In this document: one piece after another, positions 6,564-11,400 of the stretch
Position numbering within the stretch: the first letter of the stretch is position 1
Layout: each line of letters opens with the position of its first letter
Assembly (NCBI GenBank): GCA_016840425.1
Contig: JAEOSI010000053.1
Span: 1 to 11,400, forward strand
Direction of reading: 5' to 3'
Source of the DNA: Candidatus Wukongarchaeum yapensis
GTDB lineage: Archaea > Asgardarchaeota > Wukongarchaeia > Wukongarchaeales > Wukongarchaeaceae
DNA length: 11,400 nucleotides
Position numbers and translations under genes: made by a program
The notes under the pieces: generated by a model
Seen by the model: the letters and a program-made list of their open reading frames with translations, nothing else
Databases searched by the model: none
What the model was told of the DNA's origin: nothing

Positions 6564-7466
6564 TTGCATGTTAGTACTTCCCAGCAGCGTATTGAGCTTC
6601 ATGATCGAGTTTGGCTCCCTTTGTTGGCCATAAAATTGGCACAAGATTATGACCTTTTGGGCACGGTTAAGGTTCAGAAACTCGTTTTTTTAGCACTTGT
6701 GGAGGGAAAGCTGATGCAATGGTATCCTTTTAGAAAACATGCTTATGGGCCGTATTCTCCTTCCTTGAAGATGGATTTAATCCTGCTTGAGATGGATAAT
6801 TTGATCAAAGTAGAAAGAGGAATCTCGGCAAAAGGGTATTACTTCCGTGATTTTCAGTTGGCGGAGAAAGGGGAAGAGAAACTGCGCTCTTTAAAAGATG
6901 AAATCTTGGAAGATTGGAAGAAAGCCTTGAAAGTTTTGGATAAATGGGCGGGGAAAGATAGGAATGAAATCCTCTCGTACGTCTACGAGAAATATGTTAT
7001 TAAGGACATAAAATATGACGAGATTTTCAAGAGTGTCAAAGCGGATCTGGATTCATCGTATACTCTTTGGCTTAATATTTGTGATTGTCCTTATGCTTGT
7101 GATATACTTGCTTTTTTGGAGTACTGCAAGATGGTTTTTAAAGCTCTGCAAAAAGTCAAAGATAAGGTTAACAAATCAGTTTCTCTGAGGACTATAGAGG
7201 ATCTTACGAGTTTAACATTTTCATTATATAAGGAATGTTATCCTGTAATTCAAGGGGAAGGAAAATGTTTGTTAAATGAAGAGGCTTTTAACAAAGATTT
7301 CTTAGAGATTGAAGAATATTTCCTTTTTCTGGAAGATTATGTTTCTAGATATAAAATTTTCAGTAAGTTGGAAGACCTTGATTTTTCGGTGTTCTTTAAG
7401 GACGAGGAGGAAACTCGGTTTTGTCTTCAAAAGCTGCAGGAGGAATTCGAGAAGCAAGAGTTATAG
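6564..7466 (+). CDS. Panacea-domain (DUF4065 / SocA-like) antitoxin with a ~155-aa C-terminal extension (300 aa)
   Basis: SD GAGGGGGT before the TTG start. Panacea hallmarks: KVQKLVFL, F..HAYGPYS..L..DL..L, a F.L...G segment, and ILSYVYEKY. Lies directly upstream of, and overlaps, a PIN gene. Confidence 0.8.
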   Translation: MHVSTSQQRIELHDRVWLPLLAIKLAQDYDLLGTVKVQKLVFLALVEGKLMQWYPFRKHAYGPYSPSLKMDLILLEMDNLIKVERGISAKGYYFRDFQLAEKGEEKLRSLKDEILEDWKKALKVLDKWAGKDRNEILSYVYEKYVIKDIKYDEIFKSVKADLDSSYTLWLNICDCPYACDILAFLEYCKMVFKALQKVKDKVNKSVSLRTIEDLTSLTFSLYKECYPVIQGEGKCLLNEEAFNKDFLEIEEYFLFLEDYVSRYKIFSKLEDLDFSVFFKDEEETRFCLQKLQEEFEKQEL

Positions 7467-8080
7467 TGTTCCTAGAAACTTCTGCTTGTCTGAGACATGC
7501 GATTCGTTTCGAATCGGGTGGGAGAAAGGTTCATGGTGTAAGAACTGATATGATTTCTTCCTTTATAGGGAGCTGTAAGGAAAATCCAGAAATTTTGTTG
7601 GCGACTTCTGAAACCGTTATAAAGGAGGCTCGTGGAAAAATTTCTCTTGCTGTTAATAAAACTGTTAAGGAAGTGTTCCCAAAGAACTATTTCTCTTTAC
7701 GCCGTATTGCAGTGCAAAAATGTCAAAGGCGTCTGGATTTATTGCTAAACAATATAGAAACGGTTTCTGTTTCTAATCCTCCTTTTAGAGAGGTAGATGA
7801 TTTTTATCAAAATCTTCTTAAGAATAGGGATAAAAGGCTCTATGATATAGAAAATTCGAAAGAAAGAAAAGGACTATTACCTTCAAAGAATGATATTACT
7901 ATTCTTGCTGAAGCAGTTAAGCTACAAAGAGACCTGCAAAAACCGGTCGTTTTTGTAAGTGATGACATGGATTTTCACTATTTTAGTGAGGATATTGAGA
8001 GAATTTTTCATTTCAAGGTGTTGGCTGTTAAAGGTTTGCCTGTTGGCAGTAATATCGAGGAATTTCTGAAGGCTTTGTAG
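7421..8080 (+). CDS. PIN-domain protein (putative ribonuclease toxin), 204-219 aa
   Basis: PIN motifs in order: VIVFLETS (E at the first acidic position), SETVIKEAR, PSKNDITILAEA, VVFVSDDMDF. Start is either TTG 7421 (GAGGAGG 10 nt upstream) or GTG 7466, overlapping the upstream TAG (TAGTG). Confidence 0.8.
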   Translation: MSSKAAGGIREARVIVFLETSACLRHAIRFESGGRKVHGVRTDMISSFIGSCKENPEILLATSETVIKEARGKISLAVNKTVKEVFPKNYFSLRRIAVQKCQRRLDLLLNNIETVSVSNPPFREVDDFYQNLLKNRDKRLYDIENSKERKGLLPSKNDITILAEAVKLQRDLQKPVVFVSDDMDFHYFSEDIERIFHFKVLAVKGLPVGSNIEEFLKAL

Positions 8081-8338
8081 GTTATAAAACATTACTAGCT
8101 CAACAAAACAAAATGATGATTTGTTTTTAAGGCATTGGAAAATAGTGTCCTATTTGACCGGTTTTGCATGCAGATGATTGCTGTTTCTTCTTCTTCTGCA
8201 ACAAACAGAACACCATAAACCTTAATCGATCAAACATCGCTAGAACCAATGCTGAAATTTGAAGTCTTGCAAAGCAGTATTTGGGCGAATTTGTAAAGTG
8301 TCGAAGCCATATATACTCTGTTGTATGAAATTTTGGCT

Positions 8339-8974
8339 TCATATTTCTATCACTTTACCAGCTCCTCCTTCGACATATTTCTCAGGATATAGTGACTTTA
8401 TTGTTGACTTAAACTGGGTACAATGAGCGGGACAGATGAAATCCAAATCCTCGAGCAAATGGAAATCGTTGAATCCATGCAAACCCCCGATAAGCGCTCG
8501 GGCTTTTCCAAACTGCGATGCCGCTTTCAGAATGTTTTTAACTTCGGGATGGGAGCATCCCACGATCACAACCAGTCCCTTTTCTGTCTTGATTGCGAGA
8601 GATTGTTCTATATTCTTGAGTTCGCCGGTTGAAAAAATATTTTCATGGATTTTAAGAGGTTCTTTTACTTTAATCGCTTCTCTTGCGCTATGCGGTTTCG
8701 GGCATGACAATGGAATATAAACTTTGACCGGGGTTATCTTGAGAAAATCTGAAAGTCCTCCTGTGTGATCCCAATGAGCATGGGAAATGAAAATCTCTTC
8801 AATCATGGTAGGATTTATGTTAAGTTTTTTCATATTTTCGAGAAGTATAGAGCCGTTTGCACCGGTATCAAAGAGTATTTTTCTATCATATGCCTCTACA
8901 AGGCAGGAGAAACCCCAGTCAGCTTTAAGACCTTCTTTCCATGCTTCGTTATCATAAATAATGGTAATTTTCAT
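8339..8974 (-). CDS. Metallo-beta-lactamase-fold hydrolase (COG1237-like), 211 aa
   Basis: ITIIYDN, WGFSCLVE, ILFDTG, SHAHWDHTGG (HxHxDH), GCSHP, GGLH, PAHCT. SD AGGAGGT; ATGA overlap with the upstream UDG stop. Confidence 0.92.
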   Translation of the reverse strand: MKITIIYDNEAWKEGLKADWGFSCLVEAYDRKILFDTGANGSILLENMKKLNINPTMIEEIFISHAHWDHTGGLSDFLKITPVKVYIPLSCPKPHSAREAIKVKEPLKIHENIFSTGELKNIEQSLAIKTEKGLVVIVGCSHPEVKNILKAASQFGKARALIGGLHGFNDFHLLEDLDFICPAHCTQFKSTIKSLYPEKYVEGGAGKVIEI

Positions 8975-9744
8975 CTTATTACCTCCTTACATAATTTGTG
9001 CAATCTTTCATCAATGCTTCCATCTGGAAGCATCCAATCTGGATGTGGTTCTCCCCTCTCTTCCATTTGATAACGGATACAGTTTTCCCAATCTCCTTTA
9101 CAGTATAGTTCGACCCATTCTTTACTTAATTTTTCTTCTTCATAAAATCTTTTCATCGGGCATATAGGATACCATTTGCAATCTATAAGAAGTACTTTCA
9201 TCTTATGGTAATTTTTTATCATTTTTTCTTTAATGGAACTGTTATAGAGAACAGCGGCAGGATGCTGCAAAGGGAGTATTTTTTTATCGCTAGCCAAAAA
9301 AATCTTACCATAAACCTTGTGAAATTCTGGTTTAGGAGGCAGTTGAATATCATGTTTTTCAAAGATATATTTAGTCGCATAATAACCCAGCGGGGCTATT
9401 ACTGCTGGATTTATTAATTCTATCTCCTTATCTAAGTACTTACTGCATGTTTCAACTTCATCCCTCTTTGGCCTCCTATATTTCGGAAGCATGCATTTAA
9501 TCAGGTTTGTCATGTAAATCTTTTTTCTATCGATATTAGTCGTCCTTAATAGTTCATCTAATACTTTTCCTGAAGGTCCGATGAACATTTTTCCTTCTCT
9601 ATCCTCATTCTCTCCGGGCGCTTGAGCAATGAGCATGAGTTTAGCGTTTAGATTTCCCTCCCCGCAAAGAGCTTTTATTCTGGTCTCAGATAGTCTGCAT
9701 TTGTTGCATTTCTTTATCCTTTCATTCAAGTCCTCGATCCCCAT
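8971..9744 (-). CDS. Family-4 uracil-DNA glycosylase (variant motif A) fused to a C-terminal Cys4 domain, 257 aa
   Basis: [4Fe-4S] cysteines (CNKC, KC, ETC); AQAPGENED..G..FIGPSGKVL; YMTNLIKC; motif B HPAAVLY. An extra ~70-aa tail begins at CKWYPICP (about 9180). Confidence 0.9.
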   Translation of the reverse strand: MGIEDLNERIKKCNKCRLSETRIKALCGEGNLNAKLMLIAQAPGENEDREGKMFIGPSGKVLDELLRTTNIDRKKIYMTNLIKCMLPKYRRPKRDEVETCSKYLDKEIELINPAVIAPLGYYATKYIFEKHDIQLPPKPEFHKVYGKIFLASDKKILPLQHPAAVLYNSSIKEKMIKNYHKMKVLLIDCKWYPICPMKRFYEEEKLSKEWVELYCKGDWENCIRYQMEERGEPHPDWMLPDGSIDERLHKLCKEVIR

Positions 9745-9796
9745 TGTAATGCCCTCTCTGCTTGAGCTATTTTCAACATTATAACAACACGCGCAA

Positions 9797-9806
9797 TTTT
9801 ATATAA
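9797..9806 (-). promoter_or_regulatory. Putative TATA box for the UDG-MBL operon
   Basis: Minus strand TTATATAAAA about 52 nt upstream of the ATG at 9744; SD-like GAGAGGG at 9758-9752. Confidence 0.4.
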
Positions 9807-9863
9807 TTTAATATGTGTGGAACTCGTTTTTTGCTCCAATAAAACTTTTGTAAAACGTATTTT

Positions 9864-9894
9864 GGGGTTAGGGGGGACTGGGGATGTTTAGGGG
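9864..9894 (+). other. Potential G-quadruplex-forming sequence
   Basis: GGGG-TTA-GGGGGG-ACT-GGGG-ATGTTTA-GGGG: four runs of at least 4 G with 3/3/7-nt loops; a fifth G5 run at 9912-9916. Confidence 0.5.
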
Positions 9895-10084
9895 ATGTTT
9901 TTGAAGTTTTTGGGGGTTTTTGTGCTTAGTAATATGTGTCACTAAATAATGCAGGGTCTGTAAAATCTAACCCAAGTATCTAAAATGCTAGACAAAGAGG
10001 GGGTAAGAGTAGCATAGAACGAAAAAAAGTGGTATGGTCTTTTTCCTAAGATGGAATCACTTTGAGAAAATCATAGGATAAAGA

Positions 10085-10285
10085 TCACCGCTCTATTCTG
10101 AACGCGATTTTAACCTTCGCTTGATACTCAACGATCTCGTTTTGCTTCACTTTTGCCCCGAAAGATGTTATATCTATCCACTCAATCCCTCTAATAGTCT
10201 TAGCTGCTTCATCAAGAGCTTCTTTTACAGCTTCTTGAAAATTATTAGGGGAAACGCCAATTAACTCGATATTCTTAATTACCAC
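10085..10285 (-). CDS. Dodecin family flavin-binding protein, 66 aa
   Basis: KNIELIGVSP..F.EAV..AL..AAKTIRGIEWIDI...V....IVEYQAKVKIAF matches the dodecin pattern, with the flavin-stacking Trp and the conserved Gln retained. SD GGAGGA before GTG. Confidence 0.93.
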   Translation of the reverse strand: MVIKNIELIGVSPNNFQEAVKEALDEAAKTIRGIEWIDITSFGAKVKQNEIVEYQAKVKIAFRIER

Positions 10286-10340
10286 ATCAATTCCTCCAAA
10301 ATCCTGCTCAAGAATTTTTTGATTAAAATTAAAACTTCAG

Positions 10341-10355
10341 ATATTAAACTTTCTG
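10341..10355 (-). promoter_or_regulatory. BRE + TATA promoter for dodecin
   Basis: Minus strand CAGAAAG-TTTAATAT about 55 nt upstream of the dodecin start. Confidence 0.5.
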
Positions 10356-10421
10356 TATAATAAACGCTACTGGTTGGCTTTGTGAACGTGCTTAGACATA
10401 GAAATCGGTGCAGATTTTTAT

Positions 10422-11142
10422 TTGGTTGGAATAAAGGCGGTAAAAGTGGATTTGGAATATGATGATATTATTGAAAAGCTAAAATCTTTTTCTAATCCTA
10501 AAGCGGTTGGAAACATGGCGAGGTATGGAATTATGCCAGAGAACGCTTATGGTGTGTCTATTCCAAACTTAAGGAAGATTGCTAAGGAAATAGGGAAGAA
10601 TCATGGGCTTGCTCAACAGCTTTGGGCTTCGAATATTCGTGAGACTAGGATACTTGCAAGTATGATTGATGACTCTAGAATGGTTACTGAGGAGCAGATG
10701 GAAGAGTGGGTAAGAGATTTTGATTATTGGGAGGTTTGTGACCAATGCTGCACGAATCTTTTTCAGAAGACTAAATTTGCGTATCAGAAAGCTGTTGAAT
10801 GGAGTTCAAATGAAGAAGAATTTGTTAAAAGGGCGGGTTTTGTTTTGATGGCTCGTTTGGCTGTTAGTGATAAGAAGGCGGATGATGAACAGTTTGTAGA
10901 GGCTTTTTCCCATTATAAAGAGGGAGACTTTTGATAATAGGAATTTTGTTAAAAAGGCGGTTAATTGGGCTTTAAGGCAGATTGGAAAACGGAATCTCAA
11001 TTTGAATAAGAAAGCAATTGAAACTGCTAAAGAGATTCGAAAAATGGATTCGAAAAGTACTAAATGAGTTGCTTCTGACGCGATTCGAGAGTTAACAAGC
11101 GCAGCGGTTCAAAAAAGATTGCGACGTAAGAGGAGGGGATAA
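10422..11142 (+). pseudogene. DNA alkylation repair protein (AlkD-like, HEAT-like repeat glycosylase family), disrupted by a frameshift and a nonsense codon
   Basis: N-part: YGVSIPNLRKIAK, LWAS..RETRILASMI, FDYWEVCDQ, EEFVKRAGFVLMA. After about 10910 the homology continues in the +1 frame (PIIKRETFDNRNFVKKAVNWALRQIGKRNLNLNKKAIETAKEI), is interrupted by TGA at 11065-11067, then continues VASDAIRELTSAAVQKRL to TAA at 11140-11142. Confidence 0.88.
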
Positions 11143-11232
11143 TCGTTTTCAATTTGTTTTTGTTCATGTCGTGTTCAGTTTTTCTCTACTTATATAAAAA
11201 ATTTGGTTTTTTTTTAAAAAAAAGGATTTGTG

Positions 11233-11247
11233 CCCCTAAAATAGGGG
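11233..11247 (-). terminator. Short hairpin followed by a T-run; probable terminator of the right-edge minus-strand gene
   Basis: CCCCTA-TTT-TAGGGG immediately after the TAA at 11253, then a T-run at about 11216-11223 on the minus strand. Confidence 0.45.
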
Positions 11248-11252
11248 GGTTA

Positions 11253-11400
11253 TTAATATCCTAAATGTTCTCTGCGTATTTCGACGCTTTGTGACATGAA
11301 TATGGGGCCGATAATTTTTTGGTAGAGTTCTACGTAGCCGTCTTGTTCTGATGCTACTGCTACGATGTTTGGGGCGTCTGCTTGTGGCGCTATTAATACT
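11253..11400 (-). CDS. 3' end of an unidentified protein-coding gene entering from the right edge
   Basis: Open frame ...VLIAPQADAPNIVAVASEQDGYVELYQKIIGPIFMSQSVEIRREHLGY* with protein-like composition and a terminator-like hairpin after the stop. Confidence 0.55.
   Translation of the reverse strand, partial: VLIAPQADAPNIVAVASEQDGYVELYQKIIGPIFMSQSVEIRREHLGY

Noticed and set aside
7309-7548. 79-aa plus-strand ORF across the Panacea/PIN junction
   Set aside because: Third-frame overlap of two well-supported genes.
8127-8342. 71-aa minus-strand ORF with an ATGA overlap at the MBL stop
   Set aside because: The overlap hints at coupling, but the peptide has no recognisable family or typical composition; it cannot be supported as a gene without homologues.
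8423-9417. Several short plus-strand ORFs (8423, 8436, 8765, 8961, 9205)
   Set aside because: Antisense shadows of the MBL and UDG genes.
10806-11000. 64-aa minus-strand ORF
   Set aside because: Antisense to the AlkD-like pseudogene.
11065-11067. TGA at a conserved Trp as evidence of UGA=Trp recoding
   Set aside because: Other genes in the window use TGG for Trp throughout and end cleanly at TGA (MBL, UDG, dodecin), so a point mutation is more likely.
11253-11400. Resemblance of IVAVASEQDG to the C-terminal strand of diadenylate cyclase (DisA_N) domains
   Set aside because: Only 49 codons are visible and the diagnostic DGA and RHR motifs are not in view, so no family was assigned.

Overview
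AT-rich, probably archaeal accessory region. The archaeal reading rests on TATA/BRE-type promoters, oligo-T terminators and a surface protein rich in N-glycosylation sequons. From left to right: (1) the left part of a tnpA-less IS200/IS605-family element on the minus strand, carrying a small ribbon-helix-helix gene and a tnpB with a rearranged RuvC site (the ORF track misses tnpB because it runs off the window edge); (2) a 964-aa secreted, C-terminally anchored Ig-like repeat surface protein and two micro-ORFs; (3) a six-repeat HEAT/PBS-lyase gene whose first repeat lies upstream of any canonical start codon; (4) a ~1 kb non-coding stretch with palindromes; (5) a coupled two-gene operon encoding a Panacea (DUF4065/SocA-like) protein with a long Cys-containing, acidic C-terminal extension plus an oversized PIN-domain protein, which is the best candidate for an undescribed toxin-antitoxin/defence module; (6) a coupled operon of a variant family-4 uracil-DNA glycosylase fused to a Cys4 domain and a metallo-beta-lactamase-fold hydrolase; (7) dodecin, an AlkD-like repair pseudogene with two lesions, and the 3' end of an unidentified gene. 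All family calls come from motif recognition by eye; no database searches were run.
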